Below, piece after piece: positions 35,449 through 43,670 of a stretch of DNA of 57,852 bases. Position 1 is the first letter of the stretch. Each line of letters starts with the position of its first letter. The position numbers were made by a program, and so were the translations under genes. Below the pieces are notes generated by a model, which had not been told where the DNA came from, made no database searches, and saw only the letters and a list, made by a program, of their open reading frames with translations. Source of the DNA: Pyrinomonadaceae bacterium (lineage in GTDB: Bacteria > Acidobacteriota > Blastocatellia > Pyrinomonadales > Pyrinomonadaceae); assembly GCA_035438525.1 (NCBI GenBank), contig DAORIL010000001.1:1-57852 (forward strand). The letters are read 5' to 3'.

Positions 35449-36093
35449 ATGACAACAGCTTTTGAAAATATGGATCGAATGTATCGTTATCAGCGATATT
35501 TTTACGATTTAACCCGCAAATATTATCTCCTGGGGCGTGACAAACTCATTTCGCAAATGAATATCCAAAAAGGCGAAAATGTGTTGGAAGCCGGTTGCGG
35601 AACGGGGCGAAATCTGGCAATTTTGGCAAAAAAATATCCAAATGCTAATTTTTTTGGGCTTGATGCGTCGAGCGTGATGATCGAAGAATCACAGAAAAAA
35701 GTTGATAAATATTTGCTCAAAAATGTGCAGTTGCAAATCGCGTTAGCAGATGATTTTACACACCACACAACTTTTAATTTGGATGCACCTTTTGACACTA
35801 TCTATTTTAGCTATTCGATTTCGATGATTCCACCGTGGAAAGAATCTATCGCTAATGCCTTGAACAATTTAAAGTCAGGCGGAAGCTTTTATATCGTGGA
35901 TTTTTACGACCAAAAAGATTTGCCGCTCTGGTTTCAAAAAATGCTCCAAGGTTGGCTTAAACAGTTTCATGTTCAATTTTGGGGCGATTTAATGCCGCAT
36001 CTTGAATCGTTGGAAAAACAAGGTTTGGGGAAATTAACCGTCACTTCGATTGCCCGCCGCTATGCTTTTATTGCAAAATTTGAAAAGAAATGA
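35449..36093 (+). CDS. btaB: Diacylglycerylhomoserine N-methyltransferase (BtaB-like class I SAM methyltransferase)
   Basis: YDLTRKYYLLGRDKLI, VLEAGCGTGRNL, YFSYSISMIPPW and GGSFYIVDF are present. Size is 214 aa and the gene lies directly after btaA. Confidence 0.85.
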   Translation: MTTAFENMDRMYRYQRYFYDLTRKYYLLGRDKLISQMNIQKGENVLEAGCGTGRNLAILAKKYPNANFFGLDASSVMIEESQKKVDKYLLKNVQLQIALADDFTHHTTFNLDAPFDTIYFSYSISMIPPWKESIANALNNLKSGGSFYIVDFYDQKDLPLWFQKMLQGWLKQFHVQFWGDLMPHLESLEKQGLGKLTVTSIARRYAFIAKFEKK

Positions 36094-37073
36094 CCAAGGT
36101 TAAAATTTGCGGCATTACCAATCTCGAAGACGCGCTGCTTTCCGTCAAATTCGGCGCAGATGCTTTGGGTTTTAACTTTTACCCAAAAAGTCCGCGTTAT
36201 ATCGAAGCGGAAAAAGCGCAAGAAATCATCGAACAATTACCAACCGAAGTCCTAAAAGTCGGAGTTTTCGTCAATGAATCTTTAGAAAAAATCGCCGAAA
36301 TTGCCGAAACCGCGAAACTCAATGCACTCCAGCTCCACGGCGAAGAAACGCCCGAATTTGCTCAGGAATTAAAGGAAAAAACAGGCTTAGAAATTATCAA
36401 AGCATTCAGAGTTTCGCCAACTTTCAAATCGGAAGATGTTCTAAAATATGAAGTTGATGCAATTTTGCTTGATGCCTATAACCCGAAAGAACACGGTGGA
36501 ACAGGTGAGACTTTTGATTGGGAAATTGCGAAGAAAGTGCAGGAAATTTTTCCGAAAATGTATCTGGCGGGTGGACTTTCGGGGAATAATTTGATGAAAC
36601 TTTTGAGACATTTTCAGCCATTTGCGGTGGATGCGTGTAGTTTATTGGAAAAGGAAAAAGGAAAAAAAGACGAAACAAAGTTAAGAAGATTCCTTTGGAT
36701 TGCAGAAAAATCACCTCAAGAACTTCGGAGAAAAACTTTTGTAGTCGAACCACCAAATAACATTTATCAAATTCTATATGCAATAAACATGAGACCTCAA
36801 ATGTATTTTGGAAGAAAGTCGTTAATGGATTTATCTCATTTTCTTCTGGGTTTTGAATATGCTTTAGAATTTAGTCAATCAAAATTTAATACTGGAAAAT
36901 TCTTTTCAGAATTTGAATTTTGGTCATTGCAAAAACTAATTGGGAAAGATGAGTCTCCTTATCGTTTAGTAGGAATTCTATTGCAAAAATGTAAAAACGA
37001 TGAAGAAAAAGCCTTTGACCTTTTCTTTGCGCTTTTAGAAGAATTTAAGTTAGAAAAAGAAGATTTAAGCTAG
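36090..37073 (+). CDS. trpF: Phosphoribosylanthranilate isomerase with about 120-aa C-terminal extension of unknown function
   Basis: KICGITNLEDA..., QLHGEE and LAGGL are TrpF blocks within aa 1-205. The frame then continues (no stop) through ...INMRPQMYFGRKSLMDLSHFLLGFEYA...EEFKLEKEDLS. The start overlaps the btaB stop (ATGA). Confidence 0.8.
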   Translation: MTKVKICGITNLEDALLSVKFGADALGFNFYPKSPRYIEAEKAQEIIEQLPTEVLKVGVFVNESLEKIAEIAETAKLNALQLHGEETPEFAQELKEKTGLEIIKAFRVSPTFKSEDVLKYEVDAILLDAYNPKEHGGTGETFDWEIAKKVQEIFPKMYLAGGLSGNNLMKLLRHFQPFAVDACSLLEKEKGKKDETKLRRFLWIAEKSPQELRRKTFVVEPPNNIYQILYAINMRPQMYFGRKSLMDLSHFLLGFEYALEFSQSKFNTGKFFSEFEFWSLQKLIGKDESPYRLVGILLQKCKNDEEKAFDLFFALLEEFKLEKEDLS

Positions 37074-37084
37074 GAATATTTTAA

Positions 37085-38422
37085 TCAAGGGGCAGTTTCC
37101 GCAACCGTAACTGCCCAATATCCTTGCCCGGTTTCCTCGCTAATCGCCGACCAATACCAAGAAGAAACATCTGTCCAGTTTTTACCATTTTCACTATAGA
37201 TTCTTTCACAGACATTCAAACTTTCATTGTCTTTGGTTGCCCTAAAACACGACCATTTTTGTTGATTATCGTCAATTTTTAACGGTAAAGGTTTGATACT
37301 GTAGCCGATTGCCGAAAAGCAATCCGAAGCTGGATGGAGTTTGCGGGTTGCCGTCGCAACATAACGAATTATCAGTTCTCGATTGCCATCCGTAAACCGT
37401 CGAATCTCGCCCGGAAAATCATTTAAGAAAAACTGCTCGCGCTCTGACAATTCAAGTTGTTTTAATAATTTACCGTCAAATTCTTTTGGAAAACTAACAA
37501 CGTATTCATTCGTTTTTACGGTTTCTTTACCAACAAAAATAAATGGCGTGACAAAAGCTGAAAGACAAACAGCAACAAAAATTATTTGTTGGAAATTGCC
37601 AGGTTGAAAAATGCTGTTGGTTTGAGTTTTTGGTGTTCGTTTATCGTGGTTTCTAATTTTTAAAATCGTGAAAACTATCCCGATACAAGTCAAAACAAAG
37701 GCCGAAACACCGATTGCTTGATGAGCAAAATTCGGCATTTTAATGAGTTCGGCTTCCAGATAAAATAAACCTGTTGCCCGAAAAATATTGCCAAGCAGAA
37801 TAATTCCCAGGGCAGAAAAGAACGCTAAAACCGATTTTCTAAAATTGAACTGATAAATTGTAATCAGCAAGCTCGTCAAAAAAAATCCTGCCCAAAGCAT
37901 TTTTACACCGCTGCAAGGCGCATCAATCCAAATCAACTTTTCACCAAAATGAAGACAAACGCCATCACGAAAAACTACTAAACCATTTAATTTCAGCAAA
38001 AAAGCGGTTGCCTCGCCGATAATTATCCGCATCGGAAAGCCGAGATAAAACTGCATCGAAGCAACTATCGGTAAACTGAGCAAAAACAAACTCCAAATAC
38101 CAAAGTGAAATTTTCGTCCAAATCGCCAATCACTAATTGTCAGTGTGAGGCTGGTAACTGCAATGACAGCTCGTAAAAGCGGCGGTAGAAATGGAAAGGA
38201 AATGGCAAAAATTATGATGCTGGCGATTATTAAATAAAAGTTTATATTTTGTGCATTTTTGGTTTGACCTTTAAAACTCAGGAAACAAATTGCAGCTAGT
38301 GCCAAAATGCCCCAGGATTCATCGCCTGAAGTGGAAAGACGCAAAAAATACCAACGCCCAACACTCCAAAAGGCAAATAATTGCAGTAAAATTAAAACAA
38401 TTTTCGAGTTGCGAAAAGCCAT
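37085..38422 (-). CDS. Exosortase-family transpeptidase with C-terminal EpsI-like extension
   Basis: Polytopic protein with IWIDAPCSGVKMLW (catalytic Cys), LGNIFRATGLF (Arg) and FAHQAIGV (His). The soluble C-terminal domain is about 150 aa. Confidence 0.75.
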   Translation of the reverse strand: MAFRNSKIVLILLQLFAFWSVGRWYFLRLSTSGDESWGILALAAICFLSFKGQTKNAQNINFYLIIASIIIFAISFPFLPPLLRAVIAVTSLTLTISDWRFGRKFHFGIWSLFLLSLPIVASMQFYLGFPMRIIIGEATAFLLKLNGLVVFRDGVCLHFGEKLIWIDAPCSGVKMLWAGFFLTSLLITIYQFNFRKSVLAFFSALGIILLGNIFRATGLFYLEAELIKMPNFAHQAIGVSAFVLTCIGIVFTILKIRNHDKRTPKTQTNSIFQPGNFQQIIFVAVCLSAFVTPFIFVGKETVKTNEYVVSFPKEFDGKLLKQLELSEREQFFLNDFPGEIRRFTDGNRELIIRYVATATRKLHPASDCFSAIGYSIKPLPLKIDDNQQKWSCFRATKDNESLNVCERIYSENGKNWTDVSSWYWSAISEETGQGYWAVTVAETAP

Positions 38423-40791
38423 ACTAAAGCACCTAACACTACTGCAATCAACAAATACGTTTCAGGTTCGGGAATCGTTGGAACGCTTGATTTGTCAACC
38501 GGTTTAAGACCGAATTGGTCATATTGCTGTTGAGTTTCAAGCACTACTGCACCCGTTACAGGGGTTACAATTTGATTCTTTACTGCTAATTCTACCGCTT
38601 TTTTCTCGCCCTTTTCCGTTGCTAAAATCCGATTAACCTCATCATTTGCCCAGAGCCGAACAAGATGTTTCGATGTCTCTTTTGATACGGTAAGATCTGC
38701 TTTTGCAGTATTTACCCGACTGTAACCAAAACCTTTTTTCGATTGAGCAAGCAGAGAAATGAGTCTCTCCAAATCACTCTGCATATCGCCGAAACGCGGA
38801 ACATTTTGGATATAGTTCAAATTGTCGAGTTCTTTTTCAACCGTATCAAACCCGCTATCAGTTGAAATATCGTAAATTGCAGTTGCATTCGGGCGGCGAG
38901 TCAAACGCTGGGCTAATTCAAAGGAGGTGCTAAACTTAAACGGTTGCGGAGCATGAACCCAAATCACCACACTATTTGGTTTTTGGGCTGCCAAATCCCA
39001 GCCTTTGGTTAGAGCAGGTAAATTATCCGTCCCGCCATCAAAAGTTGCCTTTTGAATTTTTTCAGCAATTTCGGCAGGTTTGCCGGAGATGGAGTTTGGA
39101 TAGCTTAACTCTCTATTCAAAGAGTTTCCGTTGGTCAAAACCAGCGATGTTTCGGATTCGGGAGGTAAATTATTAATGACTGAGACGAGTTTTTGCTGCT
39201 CATTTTTCATAGAGACAGACGTATCAACCACAAAAATAAACTGTGCAGGTTTTACGCCGACATTTTCTGTTACTTCCTGAGTAATAAAATTATCACCGTC
39301 TTTTGTCCAAACTGATTTGAATTCATCCGATTTGAATGCACGAATTGATGAGTTTGCATCCAAAAGCTCTTTATCTGTAATATTTCCGCGAACGGCAAAA
39401 ATATTATCCGTTGTTTCGAGCTTGAGGTTTTTATTGGCGGATTGCAATTCTCGTTTCGATTCGAGCCAAACAATATGTTTGATTTCGGAAGGAACATTAA
39501 AGTTTTTATCGCGGAAATACGGGAGGCGAATTAAACCGTTTTTCTGATCTTCCAAAATAAGAGGAAAAGTAATCCCAATTCGCATTTTCATCTCGCCGCC
39601 ATTTTGCGGAATTGGAAAACATTTCAAATTAACGCGGTCACGTCCTGCTGTTGTTACCAAAACAGGATCGCGTTTCCTCGCTGTAACCTGTTCATAAGCA
39701 GTAGTTACGCGATTACGCTCGGCAAAAGCAGCTTCGCGTTCTTCGCCGTTTATCCACAGAGTAAGCCGTGAAACAACCGCGTTTGGCGGCAATTGGATTT
39801 GTGTAAACCCTTCCTGGTCACGATATTGATTTTTGTTTTTTAAGACAAAAGTCCATTCGAGATAACCGATTGATGCGTCATTATCAATCGAGCCGTCCAT
39901 CTGTGAAGCAACCAACGAAACATCTTTTTCACGCCAAAATCTTTCATCCTCGTCTCCAAAATCAAACAGCCCGATTCGAGGCGGGAGCGCGACCGAGTCA
40001 TAAGTTTTTCCGGTCAAACGATAATAAACTTCTTTAGCCTTTTCATTTGAGCCGACATCCGAACGACTAAAAAAGCCAATTACCAGATCAGAGATATAAA
40101 CCCTTTGTCGGCGTGAGTTTACAAGTTGTAGAATATAGTCATCACTGCCATATTTTCTCAAAAAATCCAGACCTTGTTCCTGACGTTCCACACTTTCGGC
40201 AGTTGCCATTTCCAGTCCAAATCTGGTTACGACAAATCGCAATTCGCTCAACGTAATTACTGAAACTATAATCAAAAAACCTGTTCCAAGTCCTTTCCAG
40301 GTTAGGGGAAACGGTTTAGTTTGAATATTTTTCAAGAGATATTTTCGTAACAAAAGAATCGCCCACAGCGCAAACATTGGCGAGAGTGGTAATAATCCCA
40401 ATCCATAAAAGACAATTCCGATGATTGAAATCGGTGACATCGGGAGGAAAAAGATTGAATAAAATAAACACGCCCCGGCTGAAAGTGTGCTGATCCAAGC
40501 CAGAAAATTGATGCGCTCAAGATTATTTCGATACAGCGACCACAAAATCTGTGTATTTGCCAATGGAACCAGTCCGACTACCAAAACGTGCCACAAACTC
40601 GGAACCGGATCAAAAAAACTATCCGCACACATTTTGGTCGAAAGTTCAAAAATCAAAGTTATGACCGGCAACAAAATTCCTGCACAAACGATAAAACCGA
40701 GTGAAAACGAGTGATCGGCAAGTGGCGAAGCTACTTTAGTATTGTTTGAATCTTCTGACATTGATTTACTCCTTTCAAAAAATAAATTCAC
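38392..40791 (-). CDS. Membrane-anchored VIT + VWA domain protein with C-terminal PEP-CTERM sorting signal
   Basis: The C-terminus VPTIPEPETYLLIAVVLGALVWLFATRKLF is PEP + TM + basic tail. The VWA MIDAS motif is FVVDTSVSM. A VIT-like region reads ...QLPPNAVVSRLTLWINGEEREAAFAER.... The stop overlaps the exosortase gene start by 31 nt. Confidence 0.8.
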   Translation of the reverse strand: MNLFFERSKSMSEDSNNTKVASPLADHSFSLGFIVCAGILLPVITLIFELSTKMCADSFFDPVPSLWHVLVVGLVPLANTQILWSLYRNNLERINFLAWISTLSAGACLFYSIFFLPMSPISIIGIVFYGLGLLPLSPMFALWAILLLRKYLLKNIQTKPFPLTWKGLGTGFLIIVSVITLSELRFVVTRFGLEMATAESVERQEQGLDFLRKYGSDDYILQLVNSRRQRVYISDLVIGFFSRSDVGSNEKAKEVYYRLTGKTYDSVALPPRIGLFDFGDEDERFWREKDVSLVASQMDGSIDNDASIGYLEWTFVLKNKNQYRDQEGFTQIQLPPNAVVSRLTLWINGEEREAAFAERNRVTTAYEQVTARKRDPVLVTTAGRDRVNLKCFPIPQNGGEMKMRIGITFPLILEDQKNGLIRLPYFRDKNFNVPSEIKHIVWLESKRELQSANKNLKLETTDNIFAVRGNITDKELLDANSSIRAFKSDEFKSVWTKDGDNFITQEVTENVGVKPAQFIFVVDTSVSMKNEQQKLVSVINNLPPESETSLVLTNGNSLNRELSYPNSISGKPAEIAEKIQKATFDGGTDNLPALTKGWDLAAQKPNSVVIWVHAPQPFKFSTSFELAQRLTRRPNATAIYDISTDSGFDTVEKELDNLNYIQNVPRFGDMQSDLERLISLLAQSKKGFGYSRVNTAKADLTVSKETSKHLVRLWANDEVNRILATEKGEKKAVELAVKNQIVTPVTGAVVLETQQQYDQFGLKPVDKSSVPTIPEPETYLLIAVVLGALVWLFATRKLF

Positions 40792-40883
40792 TTTATATCA
40801 TAAAGTTCTTTTTGACAAGTTGTTTATTTATTCAATCTCTATTGTCTTGCATTTTTAAGTAAAAACAAAGGAAAATCAAATCA

Positions 40884-40967
40884 ATGAATAATTTTCAACC
40901 AAACGAAAAAGGTTACTGGGGCGAATTCGGCGGACGATTATCTTTTCAATCAGGTAATTTATGTTAA
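40884..40967 (+). pseudogene. trpB 5' remnant (first 18 codons of trpB, then a 9-codon out-of-context tail)
   Basis: It encodes [27 protein letters not shown]. 40882-40936 matches 41517-41571 with 4 mismatches. It retains the upstream AAGGAAAA RBS-like sequence. Confidence 0.8.
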
Positions 40968-41185
40968 AATTAACCATTATGACCACGACTTTAGAAGTGA
41001 TTTACGAAAACGGTATTTTTAAACCACTTTCGAGCGTTCCGAAAAATTTCAAAGAACACGAAAGGATGAAAATTATTATTGAAACCGAATTTGATGCAGA
41101 TTTAGAAAGCGAAATTGCTCAATGGGAGCAAGCAAGCGATGAGGATTTTTTAAAATTTGAAGAGGCTTTAGGAGAAAAACCTTAA
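40961..41185 (+). CDS. Antitoxin, DUF104/AF2212-like
   Basis: ...TLEVIYENGIFKPLSSVPKNFKEHERMKIIIE matches the DUF104 pattern (IEAxYENGVFKPL...). The true start may be the ATG at 40979. The stop overlaps the toxin ATG (TAATG). Confidence 0.6.
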   Translation: MLKLTIMTTTLEVIYENGIFKPLSSVPKNFKEHERMKIIIETEFDADLESEIAQWEQASDEDFLKFEEALGEKP

Positions 41186-41526
41186 TGGCTCGCGGGGATG
41201 TTTTGTTAGTTAGTTTGCCTGTTAGTGAGACCCGCGAACAATCCGGTCGCCGTCCGGCAATTGCATTGCAAACTGATATTATGGGCGAACCAATGCTGAT
41301 GATTGCCCCAATTACTTCAAATCTAAGTGCCTCAAGATTTGCGTTTTCTGTCCAAATCGAACCTTCTCCAGAAAACGGTTTGACTCAAACTTCTATTGTG
41401 ATGATTTTTCAAATGCGTGCGATTGATAAAACTAGAATTATCAAGAAAATTGGTGAACTTTCCAAATCAGATTTAGAAAAAGTTGATACTCAAATCTGGA
41501 AAATGCTTAAACCTAACAATGAATAA
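41185..41526 (+). CDS. mazF: Type II toxin, MazF/PemK family endoribonuclease
   Basis: [31 protein letters not shown]...IAPITSN...IDKTRI is the MazF signature; 113 aa. Confidence 0.8.
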   Translation: MARGDVLLVSLPVSETREQSGRRPAIALQTDIMGEPMLMIAPITSNLSASRFAFSVQIEPSPENGLTQTSIVMIFQMRAIDKTRIIKKIGELSKSDLEKVDTQIWKMLKPNNE

Positions 41527-42715
41527 CTTCCAACCAAACGAAAAAGGTTACTGGGGCGAATTCGGTGGGCGTTTTGTTCCCGAAACGCTGATGTCGCCAC
41601 TCGAAGAATTGACTTCGGCTTATTTTACTATCCGTGATGATGCAGATTTTCAAGCCGAATTTCTCAATCTGTTACAAGACTTTTCCGGTCGCCCGACTCC
41701 GCTTTTTTATGCCAAAAGATTATCGGAAACCCTCGGCGGGGCAAAAATTTATCTTAAACGCGAAGATTTAGGACATACCGGCTCGCACAAAATCAACAAC
41801 GCCATCGGACAGGTTTTACTTGCCAGACGAATGGGCAAAAAAAGAATTATTGCCGAAACCGGAGCAGGTCAACACGGTGTAGCTACGGCGACTGTTTGTG
41901 CATTATTTGGTTTAGAATGTGTGGTTTATATGGGAACCGAAGATATGCGACGGCAAGAGTTGAATGTCTTTCGGATGAGACTTTTGGGTGCAGAAGTTCG
42001 CGGTGTTGATTCAGGTTCGCGGACGTTGAAAGACGCAATTAATGAAGCCTTACGCGATTGGGTGACAAATGTTGATTCGACTTATTATTTGCTCGGCTCG
42101 GCTCTCGGACCGCATCCGTATCCGCTGATGGTGCGTGATTTTCAAAGTCACATTGGGCGCGAAGCCCGTCAACAAATTCTCGAAAAAGAAGGTCGTTTAC
42201 CTGATTTGTTAGTGGCGTGCGTGGGTGGCGGTTCAAATTCGATTGGACTTTTTCATCCGTTTTTACAAGACGAATTGGTGCGAATGATTGGTGTTGAAGC
42301 CGGCGGAAAAAGTTCAAAATTAGGCGAACACGCGGCACGTTTTATGGATGGTGGAAAGGTCGGAGTTTTGCAGGGAACAAAAAGTTATTTGTTGCAAGAT
42401 GATCGTGGAAATATTTCGCTAACTCATTCAATATCAGCAGGTTTAGATTACGCTTCGATTGGTCCTGAACACGCATTTTTGCACGATTTGGGCAGAGTAG
42501 AATATGTTTCGGCTTCGGATGAAGAGGCATTAAAGGCTTTTCAAACTTTATCGCAAACTGAAGGAATTATTCCCGCTTTGGAAAGTTCACACGGGATTGC
42601 TCATGCGATAAAAATTGCGCCGGAAATGTCGCCCAACGAAATTATGGTCGTTAATCTTTCGGGTCGTGGCGATAAGGATGTCAATCAAGTGCAGGAAATG
42701 CTCCAAAATAAATAA
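41519..42715 (+). CDS. trpB: Tryptophan synthase beta chain
   Basis: [25 protein letters not shown]..., HTGSHKINN (PLP lysine), [10 protein letters not shown] and GGGSNSIG are present. I prefer the ATG at 41519, which overlaps the mazF stop, because the track start at 41483 adds 12 non-conserved residues. Confidence 0.9.
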   Translation: MNNFQPNEKGYWGEFGGRFVPETLMSPLEELTSAYFTIRDDADFQAEFLNLLQDFSGRPTPLFYAKRLSETLGGAKIYLKREDLGHTGSHKINNAIGQVLLARRMGKKRIIAETGAGQHGVATATVCALFGLECVVYMGTEDMRRQELNVFRMRLLGAEVRGVDSGSRTLKDAINEALRDWVTNVDSTYYLLGSALGPHPYPLMVRDFQSHIGREARQQILEKEGRLPDLLVACVGGGSNSIGLFHPFLQDELVRMIGVEAGGKSSKLGEHAARFMDGGKVGVLQGTKSYLLQDDRGNISLTHSISAGLDYASIGPEHAFLHDLGRVEYVSASDEEALKAFQTLSQTEGIIPALESSHGIAHAIKIAPEMSPNEIMVVNLSGRGDKDVNQVQEMLQNK

Positions 42716-42750
42716 AACGCACCAAATACTTGTATTGATGCGTTTTATTT
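42715..42750. terminator. Bidirectional hairpin terminator between trpB and the convergent 42766 gene
   Basis: AAACGCACCAAATAC-TT-GTATTGATGCGTTT followed by TTATTT. Confidence 0.65.
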
Positions 42751-42765
42751 AAAAATTTATTAACC

Positions 42766-43374
42766 TTAATTCTGTTTGATAAAAACTAAATTAATCGAAT
42801 CCGAACCCATCGGCAATGAAACGTCACGCGAAATTTTCAGCGTTTTGCCGTCATCGGCGAGTTCCCATTTTTCGTGAGTGGAAATGGTTACTTTTTGCTC
42901 GTTTCTTTGTAGTTCCCGGTTAATCGAAGCATCTAAAACTTTTCCGTCTTTTTTCAACTTTGCCTTGAACTTTGTTTTTCCAACGACGACATCTCCCTGC
43001 TTAATATCACTAATGGCTTCTTTGTCGTCAAGGGTGTAAACAACTACCGTAACGTAACTTCCTAAAGCCATTCTTCCATTAAAAGAAGGTGGACCGCCTT
43101 CACCGCGTCCGCCGCCAGAACCTCCATTATTTCCGCCACCACCTCTTCGCATTTGAAGATCACCTTTGACTTCGGTTTTAATCTCAATTCTTTCGGCGGT
43201 TTCAGCTACTTTTAAGACATATTCTTCAAGCTCTGCCGGTAGATTTTTTGTTTTTGTCTTATCCAAAGTCCATGTTCCGCTAAAATCTGCTTTCGTTAGT
43301 TCTGGGGTTGTCTGTCCAAATGAATAACAGACGAGTATCAGCCCAACCGTAATTATTCCAATAACGTTTCTCAT
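42766..43374 (-). CDS. Secreted hypothetical protein with Gly-rich insert
   Basis: A signal peptide is followed by the RRGGGGNNGGSGGGRGEGGPP tract; 202 aa. Confidence 0.55.
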   Translation of the reverse strand: MRNVIGIITVGLILVCYSFGQTTPELTKADFSGTWTLDKTKTKNLPAELEEYVLKVAETAERIEIKTEVKGDLQMRRGGGGNNGGSGGGRGEGGPPSFNGRMALGSYVTVVVYTLDDKEAISDIKQGDVVVGKTKFKAKLKKDGKVLDASINRELQRNEQKVTISTHEKWELADDGKTLKISRDVSLPMGSDSINLVFIKQN

Positions 43375-43670
43375 TCTACATTCTCCTGTTTTTCTTAATT
43401 GGGATTTTACGTTTAATACAAAAAATCACGTTAAAATCAGAATCGAAAATATTTTGGTTTTGGTTTTTTAGAAATCAGTTTATATGTATGACAAAAGACT
43501 TTTGAAAGCAAATTAATTTGCACTTTCTGAATCCATTTTTACATTTCTTTACATTACAAACCTGACAAATATAAGCGAGGTTGAAAGAAAATAAGTATTA
43601 AAAAATCGCAATCGTGCTGTCAGCACTTTTCTCACATCGTTTTTTGAGGTATAGTCTCGCTTTCAAATTT

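Noticed and set aside
41483-41518. Track start of trpB at 41483 ([12 protein letters not shown]...)
   Set aside because: These 12 extra residues lie inside the mazF coding region and are not TrpB-like. The duplicated upstream copy shows that the ancestral start is [17 protein letters not shown], so 41519 is used.
43375-43670. Possible purine riboswitch or leader upstream of purB
   Set aside because: I could not find a conserved purine-riboswitch core (the three-way junction with U-rich loops) by eye. The region is plain AT-rich divergent promoter DNA.
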